A program made the position numbers and the translations under genes. Positions 1-7,224 of a stretch of DNA of 64,000 bases are shown piece after piece (the first letter of the stretch is position 1; each line of letters opens with the position of its first letter). Source of the stretch: an uncultured Prevotella sp. GTDB lineage: Bacteria; Bacteroidota; Bacteroidia; Bacteroidales; Bacteroidaceae. The stretch is from contig CAZXGQ010000002.1 in NCBI GenBank assembly GCA_964640415.1, positions 1,297 through 65,296 of the forward strand, in the 5' to 3' direction. A model generated the notes under the pieces. It was given only the letters and a program-made list of their open reading frames with translations. It was not told the origin of the DNA and ran no database searches.

Positions 1-862
1 AATTGCCGTTCTTGACGCTTGTGACATAGTAACCTCTAATGGAAGAACCACTGGAGGTTGTCATACTGACCCAATTCCATATGCAGTTGTCGGAATTGAG
101 AAGTTCACTGAATTCATCGTTGGTCGGCATGCGGCAAGAGGAGCCCCAGTTGACGTAGGCGGCATCGTCTTCATTGTCGAGAGTGGTCTTGCCATCGGTG
201 GAGTTGTACTTCGTCGGATCACCTTCTGATGTCCCATACTTATAGGTTGCCCGTTCGTATGATGACTTTGTAGCTTCAGTCTCGCCCCAGGCGAAAAAGC
301 AACCGTCATCGGCAGCTATTGCTGCACCCACATTGCAGGTAGCCCACAACAGACCGCTCGGCAAACCAAGGTCAACGAACTTATGGCCATTGATAATTTT
401 ATAGGTTGGCTTATTGCCAAAAGTTGTTTCGCTCTTGACATCACCATAGTAGACTGCATCGTTTACTTTCACATATGCACGATAGTAATATGTAGTGCCG
501 GCATCAAGGCCATTAATGCTGAATGAATAATTGGTAAGCGACGAGCCTTTCTCTATCTTGCCGTCTGCTATCGTGGGTGTCTCATTAACGTCGGAGAAGC
601 AGATACCCACTTCGGGGGTCTGGTTGAACGACTTATAATCGGTAGAGTTAAAAGCAACGCTGAACGAGGCAGAGAACGACTCCTTGGTAATCTCCGTCAC
701 TTCACCGTAGGTAAAAGTGAACGGGGCGTTGTCGAACGTCACCTTACTGGCAGAATAGGCCGAGAGTTTGCCCTCCTTTGAAAGGACGTAAAGCGTTTTC
801 TGGGCTACTGCATACTGCACTGCAAGCAGCATCATGCATAAGAGAGTAAATGTCTTTTTCAT
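1..862 (-). CDS. Secreted protein with DUF1566 / Fibrobacter-succinogenes-major-paralogous-type C-terminal domain; 3-prime end lies beyond the window
   Basis: Absent from the ORF track because it runs off the window. ATG at 862-860 on the minus strand. Hand translation is open codon by codon from 862 to position 2: MKKTFTLLCMMLLAVQYAVAQKTLYVL...GLDAGTTYYYRAYVKVND...GLLWATCNVGA...CFFAWGETEATKSSY...WGSSCRMPTNDEFSELL. It has a signal peptide plus the LWATCN / FAWGET / RMPT signatures of this domain family. Confidence 0.8.
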   Translation of the reverse strand, partial: MKKTFTLLCMMLLAVQYAVAQKTLYVLSKEGKLSAYSASKVTFDNAPFTFTYGEVTEITKESFSASFSVAFNSTDYKSFNQTPEVGICFSDVNETPTIADGKIEKGSSLTNYSFSINGLDAGTTYYYRAYVKVNDAVYYGDVKSETTFGNKPTYKIINGHKFVDLGLPSGLLWATCNVGAAIAADDGCFFAWGETEATKSSYERATYKYGTSEGDPTKYNSTDGKTTLDNEDDAAYVNWGSSCRMPTNDEFSELLNSDNCIWNWVSMTTSSGSSIRGYYVTSVKNGN

Positions 863-872
863 ACGAGTCCTC

Positions 873-1370
873 CTATTTCTTCAAGAGTTTGAACCCCACA
901 CCGCTACCGGTGCTTACAACATACACGCCTGCAGGAGCATTGCTGAGGTCGATGCTGGCAAAGCCCTCGCTGTTAGCCTTGGACGCATTCACTTGACTGC
1001 CGCCGAGAGTAACTATGGCGATACGCTCGCCGGCTGCCATGCCGCTGACCGTCAACACGCCGCCAACATAATTGAACACAGGGCGCTGGGCGCTGGCTGT
1101 ACCTTCTACCTGCGCGATGCCGGTCTCGACGTTGTCTTCGAAGTAGAATTTCTCCACGTCGGAAAATTGGTAGCTTACCGTGGCTGTGCCTGACAAGGAG
1201 AGGGTAAGTCCGTCTGAAGTCACTGCAATCTCAGGTTTGGAAGCAAAAGCAAAGCTGACCGTCTGACCGCCGACTAACAAGAAGGTCACTCCAGGCGTTG
1301 CAGCCAAAGAGTCCAGGCTCATCAGAACCATGGCTATGGGCAAGGCAAGTCTTTTGAAGAGAGTTTTCAT
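873..1370 (-). CDS. Small secreted protein with T9SS (Por) C-terminal sorting domain
   Basis: 165-aa ORF with ATG start. N-terminal signal peptide MKTLFKRLALPIAMVLMSLDSLAA. The C-terminal approx 70 aa (LTVSGMAAGERIAIVTLGGSQV...APAGVYVVSTGSGVGFKLLKK) have the typical type-A T9SS CTD pattern. Confidence 0.8.
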   Translation of the reverse strand: MKTLFKRLALPIAMVLMSLDSLAATPGVTFLLVGGQTVSFAFASKPEIAVTSDGLTLSLSGTATVSYQFSDVEKFYFEDNVETGIAQVEGTASAQRPVFNYVGGVLTVSGMAAGERIAIVTLGGSQVNASKANSEGFASIDLSNAPAGVYVVSTGSGVGFKLLKK

Positions 1371-1404
1371 ATTGTTGTTTTCGTTTTAAAATGTTACAAC
1401 CATG

Positions 1405-1412
1405 CAAAATTA
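1405..1412 (-). promoter_or_regulatory. Candidate Bacteroidetes -7 promoter box TAATTTTG for the 873-1370 gene
   Basis: The minus strand reads TAATTTTG, an exact match to the TAnnTTTG consensus, 35 nt upstream of the ATG at 1370. Confidence 0.45.
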
Positions 1413-1431
1413 AACAAAGCCTTTGGCTTTA

Positions 1432-1440
1432 CCCCCCCCC
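1432..1440. repeat. Homopolymeric C9 tract (G9 on the strand of the downstream gene)
   Basis: Direct reading: a ccccccccc g at 1431-1441. Confidence 0.95.
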
Positions 1441-1559
1441 GAAGGTTAAACAAGGTTAACACAGTTCCCCTATGCCCATTTTTCTTTGTAGGGCGCTTCG
1501 TGCTGGCATAGGAGATGTTGAACTACAAGAAGCATGAAAAAGAAACCCAGCATACGTAA

Positions 1560-1610
1560 AAACTGGCAACTGAACCTGTGCGCTTTCAGCACAGGTTCAG
1601 TTGCCAGTTT
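1560..1610. terminator. Perfect 22-bp-stem hairpin, likely bidirectional terminator
   Basis: AAACTGGCAACTGAACCTGTGC, loop GCTTTCA, then GCACAGGTTCAGTTGCCAGTTT. It lies just downstream of the comM 3-prime relic on the minus strand. Confidence 0.7.
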
Positions 1611-1623
1611 CTTCGTATTTCCC

Positions 1624-1743
1624 TCAACCCCCTCTTCCTGCCCTATTGCCCCAGTCGAGCGTTCTGTAGCTTTTGGCTTCGGCCAGATATTGCGGCTGCA
1701 TATTCTCCGAACCATCGAGATAATAATCAATCAATATACTCAT
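1624..1743 (-). pseudogene. Displaced relic of a comM 3-prime end (last approx 35 codons plus stop)
   Basis: Minus-strand translation is MSILIDYYLDGSENMQPQYLAEAKSYRTLDWGNRAGRGG*. It aligns with the C-terminus of the intact comM (IADLEGSERVQTQHLAEAIGYRTLDRGDWAERGL*), about 60 percent identical by hand alignment with the same distance to the stop codon. The two share the 11-mer AGCGTTCTGTA (1658-1668 and 2434-2444). Confidence 0.6.
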
Positions 1744-1762
1744 ATTCGCTCTCTTTTAGTTC

Positions 1763-1942
1763 CTAATTAGGGTAAAGTACCGCAGAAACAACTTGGTGTA
1801 AGATATCCTCGGTCAGACATTCACCAAATTCCATACGGAGTTCTTTCTCTATTTGGCGCCGCCAACGTGGATCTATAAGTTCCGACCACCCGGCTTGTTC
1901 CAAGAACTTAAGACAATCACTAACATTCGTTTGATTTCCCAT
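1763..1942 (-). CDS. Hypothetical 59-aa protein (just below the ORF-track length cutoff)
   Basis: ATG at 1942, TAG at 1765-1763. Translation: MGNQTNVSDCLKFLEQAGWSELIDPRWRRQIEKELRMEFGECLTEDILHQVVSAVLYPN. I recognise no family, and it lies in the low-GC islet. Confidence 0.3.
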   Translation of the reverse strand: MGNQTNVSDCLKFLEQAGWSELIDPRWRRQIEKELRMEFGECLTEDILHQVVSAVLYPN

Positions 1943-2080
1943 AAAGTTAACTACTAGTTTTCTTTATTTATCAAGTTCACCACTACTTTCACCATCACGT
2001 CTTTCTCCTCTGTGCAGCTCTCGGCAATCATCAGCATGAGGGCGACGAGCGTGTTGTCAGCTATTCGTTTGTGGCCGTCT

Positions 2081-2371
2081 TCACCGTAAAGAGTGCCGTT
2101 CTTGTCCAAGAACCACATCAAGATTATACATCATAGTTTCAGATAACTGATCGCCGTCTATACCCATGTGTGCAATTTTTGCACATGTGATATCTTTGTC
2201 CAGTTATCCTTCTTTAAAACAGTTGTTTATATGGCGTGTTATTACTGTTCGGTCACATCCAAACAATTCTGCCATTTGGCTTTGTGTGAGCCAAACTGTA
2301 TCGTTCTCCAACTTCACATCAAGTTGGATGCTGCCATCAGGTGATTTGTATATTTCTATAGCGTTCTGCAC
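2081..2371 (-). pseudogene. RhuM-family (virulence protein RhuM-like) gene remnant with in-frame stop and truncation
   Basis: From GTG at 2371 the translation is VQNAIEIYKSPDGSIQLDVKLENDTVWLTQSQMAELFGCDRTVITRHINNCFKEG*LDKDITCAKIAHMG...YNLDVV. This matches the characteristic RhuM N-terminus (IxIYQxxDGxxxIxVxLExxTVWLxQxQMAxLF...NIFxEGEL...YNLDxIISVGYRV). It is interrupted by TAA at 2206-2204 and loses homology after YNLDVV. A full-length RhuM is roughly 330 aa. Confidence 0.65.
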
Positions 2372-2399
2372 AATCTTAACAATCTTATTACGATAAACT

Positions 2400-3947
2400 T
2401 CAAAGCCCTCGTTCCGCCCAGTCGCCCCTATCCAGCGTTCTGTATCCGATGGCTTCTGCCAGATGCTGCGTCTGCACACGCTCGGAACCTTCGAGGTCGG
2501 CAATTGTGCGGGCCACCTTTAGAATACGGCTATAGGCACGGGCAGAAAGGGATAGCTTGTCCATCGCCATGCGGAGCATGTCCATGCCGGTTTCGTCGGG
2601 CTCGGCAAACTCGTGGATCATTCGCTCGGTCATCTGGGCGTTGCAGTGGATGCCATGGCTGTCCTTGTAGCGCGCAGTCTGTATCTCGCGCGCCCTGATG
2701 ACGCGCTCGCGGATGCTGGCACTCGGTTCGCCGGGCGCCGCCTTCGAGATGTCCTTGAAGGGCACGGGTGAAATCTCGCACTGGATGTCGATGCGGTCCA
2801 TCAACGGTCCGGAAATCTTGTTCAGATAGCGCTGTATCTGCCCCGGCGTGCAGACGCAATGGTGGGTCGGGTCTCCATAATAGCCGCAAGGACATGGGTT
2901 CATGGAGGCGACGAACATAAACGAAGCGGGATAAGTGACAGAGTATTTGGCACGGCTTATGGTGATGTGCCGGTCCTCAAGCGGCTGACGCAGCACTTCC
3001 AACGTGTGCTTGTTGAACTCGGGCAGCTCATCACAAAACAACACGCCATTGTGGGAAAGGCTTATCTCGCCCGGCATGGGGTTAATGCCTCCGCCAACAA
3101 GGGCGACTTCGGAAATGGTGTGGTGCGGGGCACGGAAAGGGCGTTGGGAAATAAGTGAGGAGCCTTGTTTCAGCGTGCCAGCAACAGAGTGGATTTGGGT
3201 GGTTTCGAGACTCTCGCTCAGGGAGAGAGGCGGAAGGATGGACGGAAGACGTTTCGCCATCATGCTCTTGCCCGAACCCGGAGGGCCTATCATTATGACA
3301 TTGTGGCCGCCCGCCGCAGCCACTTCCAAGGCACGCTTGACCGACTCCTGGCCACGCACATCAGAAAAGTCGAGGTCGAAATCGTATTGCTGCTTGAAAA
3401 ACTCCTTGCGCGTGTCCATGACGCAAGGCTCAAAGATACGTTGGTGCGACAGCAAGGCTATGACATCTGCCAGCGACTCTATGCCATAAACATCGATGTT
3501 GTTTACAATGGCCGCCTCACGCTCGTTGTGCTTGGGCACTATCAAGCCCTTGAAATGCTCGGCGCGCGCCTTGATGGCTATTGGCAAGACACCCTTTGCG
3601 GGCTGCAGCTTGCCGTCGAGCCCAAGCTCGCCTATCATCATATACTCGCCAAGCGAGTCGGCAGGAATCTGTCCGTCGGCAGCAAGAATGGCTATGGCAA
3701 GAGGCAGGTCGAAGCCGCTGCCTTCTTTCTTGAGGTCAGCAGGAGCCATGTTGACGGTGATGTCGGCCTTGGGAAACTTCATGCCATTGTATTGCATCGC
3801 CGCAGCAATGCGGTCGCGGCCCTCCCTGACGGCAACATCGCCAAGGCCAGTGAGATGATACATGACGCCCCTCACCAAACTGACCTCTATGGTCACGGTT
3901 GTAACCTGAAGGCCATTGACTGCGGCGGAATAGGTTTTTACAAGCAT
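2400..3947 (-). CDS. comM: YifB/ComM family Mg-chelatase-like ATPase
   Basis: 515 aa. N-terminal Lon-protease-like ChlI domain (MLVKTYSAAVNGL..), Walker A GPPGSGKS, FCDELPEF, and a C-terminal Mg-chelatase subunit ChlI C-terminal region. Confidence 0.95.
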   Translation of the reverse strand: MLVKTYSAAVNGLQVTTVTIEVSLVRGVMYHLTGLGDVAVREGRDRIAAAMQYNGMKFPKADITVNMAPADLKKEGSGFDLPLAIAILAADGQIPADSLGEYMMIGELGLDGKLQPAKGVLPIAIKARAEHFKGLIVPKHNEREAAIVNNIDVYGIESLADVIALLSHQRIFEPCVMDTRKEFFKQQYDFDLDFSDVRGQESVKRALEVAAAGGHNVIMIGPPGSGKSMMAKRLPSILPPLSLSESLETTQIHSVAGTLKQGSSLISQRPFRAPHHTISEVALVGGGINPMPGEISLSHNGVLFCDELPEFNKHTLEVLRQPLEDRHITISRAKYSVTYPASFMFVASMNPCPCGYYGDPTHHCVCTPGQIQRYLNKISGPLMDRIDIQCEISPVPFKDISKAAPGEPSASIRERVIRAREIQTARYKDSHGIHCNAQMTERMIHEFAEPDETGMDMLRMAMDKLSLSARAYSRILKVARTIADLEGSERVQTQHLAEAIGYRTLDRGDWAERGL

Positions 3948-3978
3948 AGGCAGATATTTAAGGGCTAAACAAACGGAA

Positions 3979-4962
3979 CTATTTTCCCAACTCCTTGTCC
4001 AAATCGGAGGAGGAGAGGTTTACACCTCTTATTATTCCGTTTTTAACGAGCAGAACGTCACATACCGACTGGAGCCCAAGCTGCTTGAGCACCGGTGTTT
4101 CAAACATGTCGCCCGTGCAGACAATAGAGAAAGGCGAGTCCTGGGCCGCCGTAGAGTTGCGGCAGTCGTGTTTGCTCGGATCCACGCTTATGGCAAGGAC
4201 CTTGAACTTCTTGTCCTCACTGAGGCTCTGCAAATGCCGCATCATGTCGCTGCTGTCGTAGCTCCAGGTCGCCCACACAAGGATGACGGCCGTGCCAGAA
4301 GACAAATCGGAAGAGGAGACCGGTCTGCCGTTGATGTCGTATGTGGTAAACGACGGCAGCCTGTTTCCCACACTGATTGCCTTGAGCTTCTCCACGTTCT
4401 GAGCCATCAGTTTAAGGCTGGCATTGTCGGGCTGGGCCTTAACCAAGGTCTTCAGCAACATGACGGCAGCATCATAGTCGGGAGCGGAGTTGGCGACAAA
4501 ATATTTTCTCAACAACCATACAGCCACCGGAGACTCTGGATGGTTGTTGATGAACGACTCTGCAAAGCGTTTAATGTCAGGAGGCGAGGCGGAGGCTATC
4601 TGCTCGCGGAAGGATGACATCAACTCATTGTCCTTCGTGCCTTTTATCTTCAGCATCTTCAGGTGAGAGGCGTCACCGTCCAGCTTGGCCGTTTCGCCAG
4701 GCTCTGCAAACACCGGTGTCTCCGAGAAATTGGGGAAAACAATGGTGAGCGTGGATGGCGATGAGCACGGTATTTCATACGAGAACCGTCCTCCCTGAAC
4801 CTTTATGGTGTCTATGCCGTTAATGCATTGGTCGTTGCTATAGACATAAAACTCGCCCTGGTTCATCTGCAAAAGCCGCCCTTCAATCTTGAAGTGCTTG
4901 CTGTCCTCACCACACGAGACGAGAAGGAGAAGCGCGAAAAGGAGAAATAAGTTGCGTAGCAT
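3979..4962 (-). CDS. TlpA/thioredoxin-fold lipoprotein with DUF4369-like N-terminal domain; CxxC motif absent
   Basis: Start moved to the internal ATG at 4962, giving the lipoprotein signal MLRNLFLLFALLLLVSC. The thioredoxin-fold region reads AVILVWATWSYDSSDM where WCxxC is expected. Confidence 0.75.
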   Translation of the reverse strand: MLRNLFLLFALLLLVSCGEDSKHFKIEGRLLQMNQGEFYVYSNDQCINGIDTIKVQGGRFSYEIPCSSPSTLTIVFPNFSETPVFAEPGETAKLDGDASHLKMLKIKGTKDNELMSSFREQIASASPPDIKRFAESFINNHPESPVAVWLLRKYFVANSAPDYDAAVMLLKTLVKAQPDNASLKLMAQNVEKLKAISVGNRLPSFTTYDINGRPVSSSDLSSGTAVILVWATWSYDSSDMMRHLQSLSEDKKFKVLAISVDPSKHDCRNSTAAQDSPFSIVCTGDMFETPVLKQLGLQSVCDVLLVKNGIIRGVNLSSSDLDKELGK

Positions 4963-5040
4963 AAATATAAAAAAGAAAAGCCATAGAGCCAAATCTGGCT
5001 CCATGGCTCCTTATTAAAACCTAATGTGTTTATTCTCGAA

Positions 5041-6714
5041 TTACTTCAGGTTGGCAAGCTCAAGATCCTTTGAAGCGTAAGCTGCAAGGCTGCTGTCGAG
5101 CTTCTTTGCCTTGTTGAGGGCTGTCTTGGCTGCAGAGGTGTTGCCCATGCGGTTGTTGACGATAGCCTTCAGATACTCTGTCATGCCGTCAGCGTTCTTC
5201 ACGTTGTTGAGGGTAGAGAGAGCTGTTGAATAGTCCTTTGTGAGCAGCTGTGCGAGAGCTGCGCTGTTGGTAGCAGAGCTGCCGAAGTTCTTCACTGCCT
5301 GTGCGTAGTTGCCCTTTGCAATGTTCAGGTTGCCGAGCACCTCGCTCAAGCCGTTGGCATCGCTGGCCTTTGAGATGTAGCTCTCAGCCTCGCTTGTGTT
5401 GCCGTTCTTCAAGGCGATGAGTGCAAGGTTAGCATAAGCCTCAGGAGCGTTGCCCTTGGTCTGAGCCTCAGCGATATACTGCTTTGCAGCACTCATGTCG
5501 CCACGGTTGAAAGCAAGAGCAGCAAGGTTGTTGAGTGAACGGTAGTCGTTGTTGTTCAGCTCAGAAGCCTTCTGGTAGATCTCAGCCTTCTTCGAAGCGT
5601 CGTTTGTCAGGCTTGCTGCATAGAGAAGCTCTTCCTCGCTCAGCTGTGAAGGATCAGCGGCATACTGCTCGTTGATCTCATCGTCACTGCGGCCTACAGT
5701 CTGGTAGTTGATGATGAGGCGGCTGCGGCGAAGTTCTGGCAGGATGCCAGTAGCGAGCTCACGGAAGCCCTGGCTCATATTCTTGATCTGGTTCTCGCGC
5801 TCGGCTGGGTCTTTGTACATCTCAAGCACGCGAAGGATAACGTCCTTATCCTGCAGGTTGCTTGCAGAAACGAGCTCCTTGAAGCCCTCCCAGTCTTGTG
5901 CTGTGTAGTGAGCGTCCACATTTGCATCAGACAGCTTGGCTGCCTTGAGCTGCTTGTTGACGTAGTCGGTAGAAACCTTCTCACGGTTCTTAGACAGCTT
6001 GTCGTTGAAATCGTAGCCGCCATCAGGAGATGCATAAGCTGCAACCTCAACATTCTTCATATTCAAGCCCTTGCGGTCGGCATTGATGTTCTTGAGCATC
6101 TTGACGAACTCCTGTACAGAGTTGTTCTTCAACTCGCTCTTGCGGAGATTGGCCTGGTTGATAAGGAACTTGACGTTGGCCTGTACCTTCTGGTCTCTTA
6201 CGCGCTGGAAGCTGTCAGTAGCCAGGCAAGCGCCTGCATTGTCCATGGTCTTCTTGTAAAGCTCGGATGTAGCGATGACGCCAGTTGCGACCTTCACTGC
6301 AGGTACATCGTACACCTTATTGCCCTTGCGAGCGTCGAAAGTGAGATACATCTCACTCTGCTCCATCTCCGGAGTGTAGGTGAACGAAGTCTTCATGGTA
6401 TATTTGCCGCCCATCTGATAAGAGATGGTCTGGTTGTTGCCCTGCACCTTCTCGCCCTGGAAAGTGGCTCCTGTGCCCTTGGCCACGAGACCGTTGCCAT
6501 AGCGAAGCTCTGGAGTGACAGTCACAACAGCCTTCTTCTTCATGTATTTAACAGGGAAAGTACCGTCGATTGTAGCAGGCACCTTGCCGCCAATTGCCTC
6601 AAGAGGATTAGGATCAACCGAGAAGTTGTCGGCAGAAAGAGACCCCATCTTAGAGCATGAGGCCAACAAAAGCATAGAACATGCTGACAAAGAAAGAATC
6701 AGATGGTTACGCAT
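5041..6714 (-). CDS. TPR-repeat lipoprotein
   Basis: Start taken at ATG 6714 (MRNHLILSLSACSMLLLASC lipobox). The longer track ORF would overlap tRNA-Leu. The C-terminal third has repeated A/N/L-rich TPR-like units (YRSLNNLAALAFNRGDMSAAKQYIAEA...). Confidence 0.75.
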   Translation of the reverse strand: MRNHLILSLSACSMLLLASCSKMGSLSADNFSVDPNPLEAIGGKVPATIDGTFPVKYMKKKAVVTVTPELRYGNGLVAKGTGATFQGEKVQGNNQTISYQMGGKYTMKTSFTYTPEMEQSEMYLTFDARKGNKVYDVPAVKVATGVIATSELYKKTMDNAGACLATDSFQRVRDQKVQANVKFLINQANLRKSELKNNSVQEFVKMLKNINADRKGLNMKNVEVAAYASPDGGYDFNDKLSKNREKVSTDYVNKQLKAAKLSDANVDAHYTAQDWEGFKELVSASNLQDKDVILRVLEMYKDPAERENQIKNMSQGFRELATGILPELRRSRLIINYQTVGRSDDEINEQYAADPSQLSEEELLYAASLTNDASKKAEIYQKASELNNNDYRSLNNLAALAFNRGDMSAAKQYIAEAQTKGNAPEAYANLALIALKNGNTSEAESYISKASDANGLSEVLGNLNIAKGNYAQAVKNFGSSATNSAALAQLLTKDYSTALSTLNNVKNADGMTEYLKAIVNNRMGNTSAAKTALNKAKKLDSSLAAYASKDLELANLK

Positions 6715-6744
6715 AACAAATTTTTTATTATAAAAAAGGTTTTG

Positions 6745-6829
6745 TGCCGCGAGCGGGACTCGAACCCGCACAGCCATTACTGGCCAAGGGATTTTAAGTC
6801 CCTCGTGTCTACCATTCCACCATCACGGC
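6745..6829 (-). tRNA. tRNA-Leu (anticodon UAA)
   Basis: Minus strand reads GCCGTGATGGTGGAATGGTAGACACGAGGGACTTAAAATCCCTTGGCCAGTAATGGCTGTGCGGGTTCGAGTCCCGCTCGCGGCA. It has a 7-bp acceptor stem, anticodon loop CTTAAAA, a long variable arm and a TTCGAGT T-loop. Confidence 0.9.
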
Positions 6830-7224
6830 AGGCAATATAGCCCATATTTTTATGCAAAGGTAGCCTTTTTATATAAATGAGCAAACCTTTTCTATAATAT
6901 TTTGCACAATTTAAGATTATATTCTATGCAGTCCGGCAAAAAACATTGCAAACGACATGTTACACGGAGACGACATCACGAGCGTGCGCCAAAAAAACAA
7001 TGTCCCCCAAAAGCCAGATAGCCATTAGTCCCTATGCCCCCAGAGGCTTTCTGTGCCATTAAAGTCTTGTATAATTTAATGTAATTTTTAACCCGAGCGT
7101 CTACATTAGATTCGCGACGCCCTATAATTATCATCGGCATAAGGTAGCCTTTGAGGTTACCACGTTGATTGTATTGGCGGTAAAGGCAATCTGTTTGAAA
7201 GATAATGCTTAACTTTGCAGATGT

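Noticed and set aside
2204-2503. The 99-aa track ORF overlapping the comM 3-prime end.
   Set aside because: Only residues from about V45 onward (2371 downward) are RhuM-like. The N-terminal 44 aa are an out-of-frame read-through of comM coding sequence. It is treated as a pseudogene fragment instead.
6715-6777. N-terminal extension of the 5041-6777 ORF (MAVRVRVPLAAQNLFYNKKFV).
   Set aside because: It overlaps tRNA-Leu on the same strand. The internal ATG at 6714 gives a clean lipoprotein signal peptide.
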